Shown: positions 23,584-39,193, numbered from the stretch's first letter. The stretch: DNA of 64,000 bases from Lingula anatina (GCA_051362555.1 CM120649.1:15824567-15888566), one strand, 5' to 3'. Made by a program: numbers and translations. The notes: generated by a model not told the origin, from the letters alone.

Positions 23584-26500
23584 CTGTAAATGCAATAAAA
23601 AACATGACCAGTCTACTATAAAGTTGCAAATAAATGAGGGATTTTCCTTTCTCTTTATGTCAATGCCTGAAAAAAAAACTGTCCCTCATTATTTAAAAAT
23701 GAACTATATCTAAATAAGATTTATAGAAAAAAAATGTAAACAGTTTTCAGGTGTTTAACACTACTCTATCTTCAAATATTTAACTCCACACCAAAACCTG
23801 TACCAAATACTCACAGAGTTTAAAGATACGACCACTTCTATCCTGTTTGGGTTCTCACTTTTGTTTTTACGTGCACGTACCACTAGGGGAACCTGTGTCT
23901 CACCTGAAAAGTTAACCAAACATATTAAGATACCTCATGTAGTCTACCTCTAATTCAATTTTCATGTGTAAGTAGCTGAAATACCGATAATTAAATAAAT
24001 GTTTGGAACATATAAGGTAAGCAATTTACTTGAAATGTATTTTTCATCAAACTGTTTATATTATATCATTTAGTTGAACAGGTAACTGAACACTATTCAT
24101 CCTATCTCTAAAAATCTAAATTTCTTTCAAGTGAAATACATATAAAACTCACATACAGAACACTTATATTCTCTCACATCCAGTATTACCTTTAAAACTT
24201 CATAAATAACAGGTTTTCTATAATGTACAAAACAGACCACACAATAAAAATGAAACCCTATGACTGCTTTTTGTCATCAATATCTCATTCTTATTTTTCA
24301 TGGCAGCAGAGGCACATAATACAAAAACTCCTGGCAAATCTCAAGAAATTTACCATCCACTTCTTCATCTTCATCTTCTTCTTCTTCTTCCTCTGTCAGT
24401 TCAAAGTCTTCTTCCTCAACATTTTCAAAGACTGCCGGGGCCTCCTGAGAAAGTTTTCTTACCAATCTAGCTTGCTTAGCTTGCTTATACTTTTGCGTAT
24501 ACACTGCTTTAAGTTGCTCATCAGCGAGTCGGGCCAGTTCCAGGTGGCCCCTTCTTTGCTCAAGGCCCCCCTCAATGTGGGGGCGACCAATTTGGGCATT
24601 TTTTACACCTCCCTCATTTAAATCATGGTTTATACTACTAATCTGTTGGCGTAGATCAGCAATTTGTTCAATTTTTTTCATCTTTTTCAAACGTTGTTCT
24701 AAAACAATCTTCTGTAACTGAAGTCTTTCAAGTTCATGCGCTACATCAAGGTCAAGGTCAGGTTGGTCATATGCATCCCTATTGGTCTCTTTTAACTTTG
24801 AATGCTGGGAAGGTCCATTGGAAGCAAGATGTGGGTGTGATATTTGGGATATGGTTATTTTAGGCGTGGGGGCTGCAAGAACAGAATACATGAACTGCAC
24901 TCAAATAAAAGAAAGATTTGGTACTAAATATATATCATATCAGAAAATATTGGGAGAGAATTACAAAACAAACTAATAGCTACCATTATAACATGTAAAA
25001 ACTATGCTTACTTTAAAGTAAACTTAACAAAATTAAACAAAACAAATCATCAAAAATTCTTAAATTTCTAAGAATTAAAAGAAACTGAACAATAAACTGA
25101 AATTATTCTCAACATTAAACATAAGATAAAAGGATAACGGAACTTATTACAATCATCATGCTTTATAAAGCTCATAATTTCAACATATGTACAAAGTGTT
25201 ACAACATAGTTAAACTGTTGACAAAAAGTGAATCAAACTCAAAGCAAAACTGCCATAGTGAAACAAAAAAGTGAAAAGTAAACAAAAGTGAAAAACAAAC
25301 AAAGCAGTGCATTTCTTGTTTAAAAAAACAAAAACAAAATCAAAACAGAAAAATCAATGTTCAACAAATTAATACGACATGCTTTGAACATCTATCATCT
25401 TTCATTTCTTAATCGATGCAGCTTCAATGTCTGATGGTAACAATTTCAAAAATGCTACGAGACTGTGGTAGCAGAGCATATTGCATTGGACACTAACTGC
25501 ATTGCTTCAAACCTCAACAAATGAGTGTTGTACAACGAATTAACCCTAATTCCCACCCCTATCCCAAATAATGCAAACATTCACAACCATAACATGGAAT
25601 TAACAACACACTGTGGTATTATATAAAGCATACAATATATTATACAACTGGTTACCCTGGTGATTAATTATCATCGCAAAGGAACAATGTGTGAAACATT
25701 TTTTTGCACTTGATCTATTAATTTTAAAAAATTGTTTGGTTCAAGTAATATGGTTATCAGAAAATCCAAATCCAGCATATCCACATTTTCAGTGTGATTA
25801 TGTTAAAACCTATGAAACTAATTAATGTGTTTACAATTTAAACCAGTAGTTTAAGTGACATCATAGAAATCAGACAGGTGTCAGCCCAGCAATAATCTAC
25901 TTGAATAACTGCAGTCTGTGCCTCCAATTGTGTTTGCTGTAGCATCAATTTTATGAGTAAAACGTTACTTTAACTTTCAACATGAACAAGTCTTTGAGGT
26001 GATGCTGTGAGCAGTTTTGGTTTGTAGGAGGGAAAGTTGTGACATTGCAGTAGATGTGACAGTGTTTTTGAGTAAAAACAATGTGTTAGGTGTTCCAGTA
26101 AATAAAATGAAGAATGGCTGAGTGTGAAACTGTCAGATGCAGGTTACCTTCTGGTATAACCGTGTGATAACACTTTGTACAGGGTGCAAATAAATCACTC
26201 ACCAAATAAAAATCAATATAAATGCATTTTTGCTCCAGCAAGAACTCTGACAGATCTACTAAGCTAAATTGGTCAGTTTTTTCACTTTAAAAATTAATTT
26301 TGGTCTACCTGTCAAAGCTCAGCTTGGCAAGTGATGACATCTATCCTGTGCTGCACCCTGGTGTTATGTTTGGCACACAAAATATATCCACATGTACAGT
26401 GGGAAACATCAAAGCTTCACACAATATCAGTACTCCTTTGTCTGTGACAGAAAAAGAAAGCTAAAAACCAAACATGTACTTACGCAACTTCTTGATATAA

Positions 26501-29152
26501 TTTGTCCTCTCGTACTTCAACCAGTATGCCACATATCCCAGCATTCCCAGAAACACCATGAGGCACACCACACAGATGACGATGATAATGATCACTATGA
26601 TGCTTGAATTATCTTCTGGTAGTAGGTTTTGATGCTGAGGAGCAAAGAAAAAATTAAAGGGAGGGGTCTGATTTAGAATGGTACCACAAGAAGAAAATTG
26701 TTTTTATCCATATAGTTATTGTAAGTTCTAGATGGTTAAAAAGTACAAAATGAACTTTCAAGTTCTACAAAATATATAATGTGTTTTTCAATTGGAAATT
26801 ACTTCAAGGCACATACGGTATACCAAACACACCACTCAACACCATGAATAATTCCATAATAAGTCAGGAAAATAAAATAACAGAAATAACTGCCGGTACA
26901 AAAATTTCCAAAACACTGTTTCTGTCTTATATCTCACCACTTGCAGCAACAACTCTCCATCCATGTAATTGTAGCTATACTGAACTCCGGCCAATTCTTC
27001 CATAGAGGGCGCACTTGCATTGACCAAAATGGCAAAATCTGAACTATCCACAAACTCCACTGCACCCTGTAATGTAAAAGGGAGAAAAATAAAATACCAA
27101 CAAACTTTTTTTAATTTATGAGTTAAATTCTAGCGGATTATTGTGTTAAAGTAAAAAAAAAAAAAGAGAGAACTTAAAGAAAGGGAACAAATGATGGTAT
27201 CAAAATCTAATTATCTCCTTTTAGCATTGATGAAGAAATAAAAAAAACATGGCAATGAGCATCATAACAAAAAAGATATTTGTTACAAATATAAAAAGTA
27301 TCATCTTATTTAAGCATTCTATCCTATAAACAACAATTACAAAAACACTGGATGTTTTTGTTGAAAAATCTTTTTATCTGTTAACTGAGAAAAAAATTCT
27401 ACTAAGTTTCTACTAATATCATTATTTATATCTAAGTGAAATGAAGCAAATTTACTAAATACATAAAAAACAAAACATATTCCATTCAAATGATTGCAGA
27501 GGAATTCTTTAATTTTTAAACCACTCAAAAGAGGGCAGCACTTACAACATACCCTTATTTATATCATCAAAAGGTGGCAGTATTGTCCCCCAACAACAAC
27601 ACCCCCTTTTTCAATTTAAAAGCCTTATCAACTGAATAAAACATGCTTAGCACACAAAACCAACAGCCCTAAACTACCCCGGCTTGTTTAGTTTGGGTAT
27701 TGGATTTCACATTTGTTGTTTACTATTACGTTAAATAAACCATAAAAGACCTGAATCAACAAGTCAACTAAAAGCCACCCAGGGATCTGAAGAAAGGACG
27801 TCTGCGTCTCAACGTAAAAGACTTCGACTAAAATCAATGTCTTTCAATAATTGCGCCAAGGAAAAAAGTCAAAGGTTACACACGTGGATGATTGTAACCA
27901 TGATTTTCTTTAATAAGCTTGAGTTCAGAAAGGTAGAGGTGTTATTGTCATCCACACACTAGCATTCCATATTTAATATGCAGTTAATCATTTAGATGTC
28001 AAATACCATTATGCCCTTTTTTAGCAGGTAATTTGACTATACACATGTGTGTGGCTTGTTAGAAGGCGGACAGGTTAACACACTGCGGGTGTATGGATCA
28101 TGTTCTGAATCTTTGATCTCGTCCAGAATCGAGCTTAATATCTTTGTAATATGCTAAGAAAAGCGCTGTAGTTCGTTTTCTTTTCAGAATTGGTGATTAG
28201 TTTACTTGAAAGTTTTCCGAACTGAGGTAAAGATTTCGAAACCTTTGTTACAAATTCATGCCTCTTTTGAATGCAATTCTGAATTGACTGTAATTGTTGC
28301 ATTTCAATCATGTCACTTTATCATGACATTCTGGTTAATTCTAAGGCTTGAGATTAATCTTTTCATAACTGAAACATACAAAACTTTACTGACCCTTTTT
28401 TATTCAAGCCATTTGTTTATTACCAAATTAAGCCACAGTTCAGTCCTCATGACAGTGTCAATTAACTTGATGAGCACTTCAAAGGATATTTTCCTCTTAG
28501 AAGTATAAAGTTAGTCTCTTAATTTCCACTGCATTCTTCACAAGGCAATGACGTACAATTGGCTTTTTTATTCGTAAATATCATGGTATGCATAGAGATG
28601 TAATATAAAGAAAATAAAAAAACTAACCACAGGGGAGTTATCAAGGAGATAAAAACTTTCAAAGGGCTCTTCCATTGTATATTAAAACAGTTACAACATC
28701 TCATTTCCCCCAAGTCTTTGTTACAAAGTAGCAGAACTGTCTAATTTACATGCAGGTGTGTGTGTACAGTGGAGAGAGATCCAAACAGGTAGGCCGCCCG
28801 GAATATTTACACAGCATTATTGACAGAGTGTTATATGTTCCAAATTCCTTTCACGTCTTTGTTGCTCAGCCCCCAATACGGTAAGGTCACAAAGTCGTTT
28901 ATTGAGCAATTATATGATAATGCTGTTAATGGCAGGGTAAATTGTGCGGCTCTCCTGCTTCCGGAGCTTCCAAACTTGACCAATTTGTAGTTGTGTAGAA
29001 TTTCAGATTTAATAATCCTTTTGGCATATATTAAGAGCGGAGTTTTCTGGGTAACCATGGAGGGTGAAATCTAAGAGTTTGTATCCTCGGGGAGATAACA
29101 GTGTGGGATAGAGTGGTACATGCTCTCAATTTTAACGCGGGTACAAGTACAT

Positions 29153-29190
<38 letters not shown>

Positions 29191-32100
29191 CAAAAAATAT
29201 TTCCCCTTGAGTATGATTTAATTCTTCAAGATAGTTAATTCCCAGCTGTTTTGATACCAACACAGTAATAATATTTTTATAGCAATCTTAAATGATTCAG
29301 GTTTTATGGCAAAAAGGTAACATAATTTGCTATGTATAAGTATCTCATGCCCATCTTACACCTGTTTCTTCATTAAAACTGTTCACACACAAAAAAGACC
29401 TGTAAATCTCTAAAATTAGTCTTCATATTCTTTTCAACCCTTAAAGAGAACGCGGAATGCACAACAAAACTGGTTTGCCATCAAAATTGCCTTCAAATAT
29501 GACTTTTGTCAAGCTTTAATCAGGTGTATGTCCTACACAGCTGAAACCCCTTTTGCTGTTCACCTCGAAAATATCTTTACAAAATACTTAATCATGCCTC
29601 CCTTTTCTGTCACTTTAGATCTTAGAAAACAACAGGTGATTCTTGGAGCATCGCAGCTGACGCTATAATTTGTTTGGGTGCCCCGTGTCAACAACACTAC
29701 TTTCAGATCACATTAGCCCTCATTTTATGCTTTCACTCAAGCCAGCTGTTAAAAAACATTTCCATCGGCAAATTGGTACAAACCAAAGAAGAATTTGATT
29801 ACTTAACCACTGTATATCCTATGTAGGTAATAAAAATGTTATATATAATAAGGTATATTCACTTTACACAAGGTGTGCTCTATTTTAAAACATTGAAATA
29901 AAACAAAAGTGTCAGCCAAGCAGAAATCCACCTGAAAAAAGTGGCAGCTGCAGTTCTGTTTGCTATGACCAAACAGTAAGAGTTTAGTTGGTTGTCAGTG
30001 TGAGTAAATCCTACGTTTTGAACTCCATGGTTCTAAATGCTTTTCAGAACCACAAAGTTCAGAAGAGAGTTCCAAAATTGCTACTTCCAACAACTGACCG
30101 TGAAACAAATGTCAACCAACAGTGCACCGGTGCAAGATCAGATCACAAAGTATCGGGGAAAAAAAGGGACAAAGAAATGAGTTGCACCTTAGACTGCCAC
30201 CGATTTAATATTTTTACAACACCTGTAGCTCGACATAGAAAAGGGCATACACAGGTGTTTCTCACCGTGTGACATGGGTGACCCCCGTAAGATGCCACTT
30301 CGTGATGGGAAATAAAAGACTCAGCAAATATGGCATTGAAGGGGGCCACCAGTATAATCACAAACCTTCAGAGGACAGACACACCGTTTAACTGTGCAAT
30401 TTACCGAGTATTTAAAATCAAGGCCCACAAAAGTAAAACTGGCACTCTGCATTCACTGGTGTTTGTCTAAAGCTCTTCTATAACTTAATAACATTTAATG
30501 AACAATTCTATTGCCGAGCCGGTGTGTTTATCCTGTAAACAGAAGAAACTAAGACCATGTCGTTTCAACAGGAACACATATATCCATTTCAAATGAAATC
30601 AAAACACTGCACTGCATATCAAACTTCTATAAAGAAACCTGCAGTGGGGCCTTCTTTATAGGTGTGTGAACCTGCCATGTGTGCCTACTTCTATAATATC
30701 TCACCTGGAGAGCGAGAGAGAGAGAGAAGAGACAGAGATCGAGGAGAGGAGATATTGGGGAGGGGGGGGGGGAAATAGAGATAAGAAAGGAAGGAAAGAA
30801 GAAGAAGAAGATAGAAGACATACACACTAAAGAGAATTCATCAGCACAGTTATACTATCATTTCTACTCTTTTATATATATATACATATATTCATTTCAA
30901 CACAGGTGCCTCAAATATGGTATGTACAGGTGAGAGGTGAGTCAAAATAATGACTCTTCTTAGTCCTTCAATTAGGTCAATTGACCGCCACCCCCCACCT
31001 GACACACCTATCAACTGACACCACATCCTTACAATTCAGGGTCTAAAATGGAAAAATAATTGGGTCTGGTGTGTTTGAAAAAATAAGCATAAAAAAGATG
31101 GCTGCCTTTGAGGTTGACAATGTCTGTTGTCCCAGGGAAACTTAAGCCATGGGGGCGTTGGCATGTTTGTCAATTTAACGTTGTTTTTTCTGTCTCAGGT
31201 TTCTGTTCAGTGGAAGATGTCAAGTTTAGAAAGTCGTATAATAAAGTGCATCTGCAGTTGACAGTTTCACACAAGAACTTTGGACAAAAAGCTGTTCTCA
31301 AATTTTAGACCAAAACCTCCGTTTTTACTTTCATAAATTTTCTGCGCTTTAAAATATCAAGTTGCCATAAATAAAACTGAAACTCTGTGATATAAGCCTA
31401 GTTGAGAAGAATCTATTTTCACTCAGTGCACACTTTATATTCTGATCAATTAAAAGTTCAGTTCTTTCATTCATATTTTAAACTGAAAATCAAGAAAGAG
31501 AGAAAAAACCAAATGCAATTGTTATCATAGGACTTAATTGGGTTTTACCCCACAAATCAAAAATCTTGGAAGCGTGGCAGGTCACATCATAAGTCCACAG
31601 CACTTCGGGAAATTTACCCACTTACATTTATCCCTATTCATTGCCATCTATTTCTCAAATTATCTGAAATTCTGAAGTGTGCCATGTCACGTAATAGCTG
31701 TGCTCCTAACAATCTGAAATGATCGCACTTAAATACCCGGAGAGCAGAGTTATTCACGCTCCCAACAATTGCCAACTCTTAACCTGACATTTTTGCTCAT
31801 GAAGTACCTCAGCTAACAACCCAGTGTACAAAGAAACCCTCCTCAAAAGATTTAAGCTTCCGTAAAATTTTACCCAACGGGAGGCGTGGTATCTTAAGCT
31901 ATTAGCTTTGTTCATGAGACTCCCTCTTCCTAAAAAATATTGAAATCATCGACATATGAACGACAAGATCATGTAATGCTAGAAGACATCGTCTAACAAT
32001 TTCACTGGGATGTAAAATGCTACCTGTGGGGGGTTTGATTTAAAAACAGCCTTGGCGTATACCTCGTTCCGCTGAAGACATGATGAGTTTTTGGATTAAC

Positions 32101-34877
32101 CTTCAGCTCTTTACCCTATGGTGATGCTAAAGGTTTTATACTCGACGCATTGTCACTGATATTCAACACATGGCAATTTAGCATTTTGGTGAGAGAGAAG
32201 TCTGGTACACCAATATTTCTTGGAGAAAATCATCAAATTATCTTAAATTCTGATCGCTTTTCATTTTTAACTAACAACATACTTTATCCAAGGTGATTCC
32301 CTTCATTGAGGATAGGGAATACCTTTTGCGTTCCGCGTGATTGGCCTTATTTTTCGAGTGTGATGCGTTATTTGTGCCAAATATTCTGCGTGAAACACGA
32401 TTCAAGAATTCTTGGTGATTGGTGATTGGCCTGAATATATCTTGGTGATTGGTGATTGAGCTGTTTTAATCTTTGTGATCGGTGATTAAGGGGGGGGGGG
32501 CTACTCCCTACCCTCTTAATTGCCCATGTAGCAAATCCACAGGTCCCATTACACATCATATTACAGATCTGTGACAGTTATTATACACGTCTAAGAATTA
32601 GTTGAATACATGAAGTATTTGGGATTTGGGGAAGTCTGATTTTGCAACAGCCCCTCCTGCATTACATAATTTGGAAGTGCAAACCCCCTGCAGGCCCTCC
32701 TCCCCCTCCACATCCCTATTAGCACACATTAAGCAATAACAACACCAGATTAACTTGTTTTTATAAACCCAATCTAAGGCCCCATTCAGAATAGGGGACT
32801 TACTAGTCAAAGTTCCAAATATGGCCGACCCACTTGTATACTTCCCAAGAGGATATCTATTCAGTATCTATTAGCATATTAGACGGCAAGCTTTTTAGTG
32901 GGTCGCCATATTTGATCCTCGGACTAGTTAGTCCCCTATTCTGAATGGGGCCTAATACATACAGTACTGAGCCTGACTGCAGGGATTATAGACTACTAAT
33001 ATTTTGATGCACTGGTGAAAATCAACTTCTATATGAATGCAATCAAGTCATTTTTATTATCCGTTTGAAGTGGTGAAGAAAACAAGATTCTGGTAATAAT
33101 AATTAATTTTACATTATATAATGACATGACTTTAAATGTGTGTTCAGCCTATATGTAGTATTTAATCATGATATGTAAGAAATTGGTGCTAATTAAAAGC
33201 AAGACTCAGATGTATGAAACACTAGCATATATTCTTAGTTGCAAAGAAAGCCCACCAGAGGAGTAAAAATGTGCATAAGTACCAGCAAACACTTATTGAT
33301 GGAAAATGCACTTCTACATTGATCAAATTTCAGTAAAAAAGTTTTCGGTTTTACACAAAATGCTACCTGATTCAGTTTAATGGAAAGTAGTACACAATAT
33401 GCAGGCACATGTATGTGAGCATTGAAATCTATCCCCCCCACACACACAAAAAAAAAAAAAAATAAAAAAATAAAAACTAGATCCATTTCTTATCTTGAGT
33501 GAACTCCAAAGACAAGTCTAAAATTTCTTTAATCATTACCTCTATACAGATAAATCTAAATCACGTTGACAAATCTACAAGGAAAACTTTGTAAACTACC
33601 CGCTCGGATGAACACTGTTGAATAAAATGTGGCCCATCACAATGCGATGTAAATCATTTTTCTTCACTACTACAGCACCGATCTGAAATTCAAGCCAAGG
33701 GGTGTGCATCTAGAAGCTCCAGCCGAGCAAATGTGATCTCGTTTTATTGCGATTTAATTGGTGATTGATCACTCGATTTCTCTCCCCTTGATGATCTTTT
33801 AATCCTCAACTGCCATAAAAATGCCACCTCATCCACCAGGGACAAAGTAAAGACTTGAAAAATTGATATATTAACATTTTTCCATGCTCGTTTCCAGTAA
33901 TCAACTTCAGGAATGACCTTTTATTCTAACCTTAACAATGACATTGCCTGGAAGTGTAAACTTAATTTTGATTGGCTTTATCTTCCTTTCGCCAGTTTGG
34001 TCATTTTAAAGTAAAGATCGAGTATTCATTAAGTAACACAATTAAACTAGCAGTTGCCATGACAACAAATGTTAACGAAGTTGGAAACATTTATATTATT
34101 TGATTCCCTTTAATTTATGATAGGATTGTTAGCTAGAGTCATGGCTAAAAACTATTAAGAAAAATAAAGTGGGTGTGCTTGTCAAGTCACCCAAAAAAGA
34201 CAAAGTTTCAGATAAACTTGGTATGAATTAAGTTGCTCTTCTTTAGTCACTAGGTCAATTTCAATTGGTGTCATCTTCTTGACAAACCACATTTCACAAC
34301 AACAAAAAAGAAAGTCATTTTGTGAGCTTCTTAATAAAGAAGTCTGAACTTTCCCACATTTACTGTGGTCACTGTCAGGGCCCCAAGGCTTTTGGAGCTT
34401 CGAAAACAATGGCAGACAAAAATGGCTAATAATACGTGTCCCGCCTCCATTCAAACCACTTTTCCCTTTCTGATGTGAGCCTTTATTATTAAAATTTCAT
34501 CACTGAAGAGAAAGTTCACTGGAAATGGGATTTTTGTGGACTATGGTCAGTACTGATGAAGACTGGTCAAGAGGTTTTGTTATGAGAATTTTTACAAGCT
34601 GGACATGGTTGCTTATATGAATCCAGGGGCGGATTTAGACGGTCTTCTGGGTCTTCCGGAAGACGGTCAGATTTTCAAGTTTACGTTGACGGGTATCTAA
34701 TTATTTTCTGTTGGAAGACGGTCAAAAATTGTGGATGGATCAACAAAGATAATCTGGAAGAATGTCAGAAAATATCTCTGGATCCGCCCCTGAAATCTGA
34801 CTGAAATACAAGAAATATCATCTGGGTGTTAGAAGTGTTGAAATGGTGATTCTTTTTTAAATTCCAAAACAATAACA

Positions 34878-34923
<46 letters not shown>

Positions 34924-37900
34924 ATTATCAAGGACAACTTTTATTTATATCCGTGTAACTTTTGGGATCATAGCTCTATGTAATTTTATATATTTGTCTA
35001 TTTCCTACTTGTGGCAATGCTATAATGTAACATAACATAGCACTTTGTAAAATCAGGTAAAATCTACATAATGCTAAAAAATAAAATTTGGACCCCCCCC
35101 CTCCTCCCAATCACCAACACCCTACCAAACACAAAATAATTTCCCATCCCAAAAAAGGATATAACTTATAAATGGCAAAATGTGCGGTTCAGCACTTAAC
35201 AGCAGGACTCCCATATCCATTCAATCTACTCCATAGAATGTGCCTCTATTAACTGGACCTAGCCTTCATAACGGGCATCAATTCGGCCACTGGTCAGTAA
35301 TACGACTCGATGGCTATTAGGAGCATAATAGGCCACCTAGTGTTCAATTAGATTGTATCAGGTAGTCAATAGGCCATTGGAACAAAGTGGCTAATCCTAA
35401 AGATGGTTGTTCTTAAAACAGACAGTAGACTAGGGGCATTTCACAGAGGTTTTGTCAGTCCCTAATCTATATCTCTTTCCCTTGATGAGGGATGAGACTG
35501 CCATTTAGTGAAAAAGTCCGAAAATATGGCGTGGGGACCAGGGAGCCACCTGCATTGATATCAAACATGATGTTTTTTGCTTCCAAAAATCAGAAATCTG
35601 CTGATAATCAGAAAATCTCTTTACTGCTTGATGCAACAAAAAATATCACGACCCAAAGGATAATAAAAAAAGGTTTGGTTTGCCCTTTGAACAATTCTTT
35701 TGTTGTATTTATACAGGTCACTATCTACAGTATATGTTTACCCATATAGCACAGACTATAGCACCTATTTTTAGATATTGCAATTTACCAATGTGTTTTC
35801 ATGTGATTAGTTAAGGTAATATAAAATGCAACAGGTGCTCGTAATAAGGCTGATAAGTCTGCCAATTAATTTTTTATATACAAGGGTCAGTAAATAGACG
35901 GATATACGTTATTTGTTACAGTGTTAACACCTGGAACCTGACAGCAAGCAGAAAAATGTCAACTAAATCTGTCAGCAAATCTATACCTAGTTGAACTTGA
36001 TATTAATAAGCTTGCTTATCCCTTATCATCTTGTTTATCAGAGATAAGACTGTTTTTCGTGGCAACCCTAACAGGCAGGTGTGAGCATCTAGATCCAATC
36101 AGAGGATTGTTAACAAGTGGTAATTTCAAATTCTGCCCCCTCCTACTCTGTTACACTTTATTTTCCTATGTGACATTAAATGTTACTTCTGTTCTTACTG
36201 AGTAACTTAAGGCAGAAAAAGAAAAAAAATGTTTTGGAAAACTGGTCCATCCCTTAATCGCATGCCTCAGTTGCATGAGCATGAGAAAGGGGTTATGCCT
36301 CTGCTCACTCAATTTTGCCATTACCATCATAATTCCCAATATTCAATAAATAATTGAGTATATGTCTGTCATCTTAGTCTCAATATGTAGTCAACCCTTA
36401 CCTATGCTGCTAACAACAACTATTTAAAGGAAGCATTATCTTTTTAAATTCTATATATTTAGATATTAGTGAATCTGAAAATTTGCCATTACATGTTTTT
36501 TTCATTATCTACACATTTTTTAAATACGATTCTGCCATAAATGGTATTTAAAACGATCCCTGCCATGCCCATGACATGGCTCGAAATGGGCATCTGAACC
36601 AACACAACAGAGAGAAAATTCCATGGTTGTTGAACTTGTAAATAAAGCCACTGGCATGACTTTGACGTCCCATGCCGCGGGTTACCTGAGTAATGACTGC
36701 AGATGACCCGTGATTAATGAAATGAAAACACAATAACAGCAATATCCCATATGCAAATAGAGTCGATCGTCCGTAAAATCTTAATGCCTGTGACGTAACA
36801 CAGTTACTGTTAAGTCAGCCCCCGTTTGCTGTGATGACTTAATGGGAGTATATAACAGCCACAGCCGTGCCTTAGTTCACGTTTAATCTAGGGAAAAAAT
36901 TCCACTTGCCATTCTACTATCATCTGCATTGATCAAATTATTCCAGCATCCGCTTGACTTATACATTTCAGTGCAATGGTGAAAGAAATACGCCCAAAAT
37001 GTTTTATGATACCAACTGTCTTCATGAGGAAGACAGAATCTCATTTTGCACGGCTTTACCTTTTCACTAAAAAGGTCTACTTATTTGACAGATCTGATAC
37101 TGCTTTATAAAAGGACTCCTCTTTCGGCAGGTTTGATCGCAAAGCAATTATATTGATTGGCTCTGCCAGTGATTTTCACACATTTCCAGTCTACAGAACA
37201 CGCATACAAGGATATTTAGTCACACGTACCCACAAATCAAAAGAAGCCCACTGAGACAAAGCAAAATGTCCAAGAGGTCAAAAAATGCAAATAAAGATGA
37301 TGGAAAATCAACAAACAGTGGTGTGATGGAGTCGCAAAGTTCACCTTTGTTTATTGATGTATGGCGCTGGTGCAACATGGCTGCTAATTCTATGACATAA
37401 TATAGCGCCATGCAGTGTGTATCTCCACAACTGCAAAACTGGTGTGGTAGGGGGTTCCAGGGTGCGTTTTCATGAAAAATGACCCACACTCTAATTCAGC
37501 CTCTCATTACAACATACATGACCTTTGTGTTTATCATTTGGTTTCCAAATTAACCCAAGTTCAAAATTAAGTGGAAACCCCTTTCATGCATCCTGGCAGG
37601 TATGCTCATTTTCTGAAGCTACACAGAGAGTCCGCACATCTGAAACCTACAAAGATGCCAGCGAAAAAAAAAAAAAAAAAAAAGTAATGGCTTGGTTAAG
37701 TTACCAACCGTCTGAGCAATTTTGTTCTAATTCCTTTGGGAAACCATGGCTCTTTCTCAGAACATAATGTTATCTGCTGTTTCTGTAGAAACAGTTTGAA
37801 ACATCTTGTTTACGGTCGACTGTTTGATCTCATTGGTAGAGAACGCTATGCAGAAATGACATGGGGTAATAGAAACATCTTTTGCTTAAACACAATGCTA

Positions 37901-39193
37901 TCTTCCGTTTGCGTAGAGACAGACAAAAGATTTGTCTCGGGTTGACTGTTAATTTCATTGAGCACTTTCAAAGTAGCTCAAATGTCTGCCAAAGCTGGTT
38001 GCTCTAGTCAGAAATCCCAGTGTGTAAAGACCAATACAAATGCCTGGGTAAAGATATGTCACTGCGCAAGAAATAAAATTCATCAATGATCTAATTGTCT
38101 GAAGCAAAGTTAAGATGATAACTCGTTGGTCTACTGCTGAGCTGGAAACTCTTATCTTTAAAAATAATTATGTAGGCTTGGGATGTCTACATTGTGTCAT
38201 TCAAACCTATACCAGTTCATATTTTTGTCTTGGTCTGAACATACAGCAATGTAGCAAGTATTCCACGAAGATAGTTGTCGAAGACTGGAAACACACTTTT
38301 TAGCAACCAAAGAGCTGGCGTCTGTCTGCATCGTTAATGTATATTTTACCTGACAAAAAGAAATTTGATTTCATTGTGAAATTACTTTCCCTGATAAAGC
38401 TACATTCTGCTTTTATTCTATACTGCTTTTTTTTTTGTAAAACTTTATCCCATAATTTTTTCTGTAGTCATGTTTTCATTTGCTCTCTTTTGTAGCATCT
38501 TCTTGCAGAAAAAATTTGAACTTAATATAAGAAACAATGATTACATCTTTTTAAAAAATGACAGCAATCTACTTGAGAAACAAAACTGTGTTGGTGAGTT
38601 GTTTTTTTCCAAAATGTTTTCAACTAAAGCACCATCATGAATGCTTTTGGACCGCTTTCACAAATGTGCATGCTTAATTTAACCAGCAATTGCTTCTTCC
38701 AACAAGTTCTTCAATTAAGTGCTAAACAAATCGAAAATACACCATGAAAATTTTTATGAACCAACTTTAAATTCTAGGAGAGCAAGACCCCTCGGGTTAT
38801 ATAGGGGTGTGGAGGGTTTATCTAATTAATTAGTTTCTTAATTAGAAAATCATCCAAGTTTGCCCTGGGGCATATTTTGCCATCCTTTAGGATCCTGTGC
38901 CATCCACAAAGCCTTCAAACTGCCCTTGATGTCAACCTAATCTTAGAAGATGTCCATGAGCTTTTTTTTGTGTCTTGAATCTTTAATTTCTCTTTTAACC
39001 GTCTTTTGTTCAAGATCAGAGGTTGGCTGCTAATAATCACAAATCATCATCTTCATTTTTAAAATTTTTCTTTTAGCTGAATAACAGTGCACTGCTTAGG
39101 TTAGATTCCCACTTTGAAGGAAAGTTCTTAACAGGAATTTTTTCGTAAATTTATCATTATCAGTGTATGTGTGTGTTTGTGCATGCATGCATG

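Noticed and set aside
22417-23713. Plus-strand ORFs overlapping gene B's large exon (and similar ones over gene A exons)
   Set aside because: Antisense shadows of GC-richer coding exons; no plus-strand splice chain or protein-like features.
24745-24761. TCAAGGTCAAGGTCA nuclear-receptor-like motif
   Set aside because: Lies within gene B coding sequence (PDLDLD codons); explained by the protein.
35298-35308. TAATACGACTC resembling the T7 promoter
   Set aside because: Only 11 bp match, lacks ACTATAG, and no vector context; chance.
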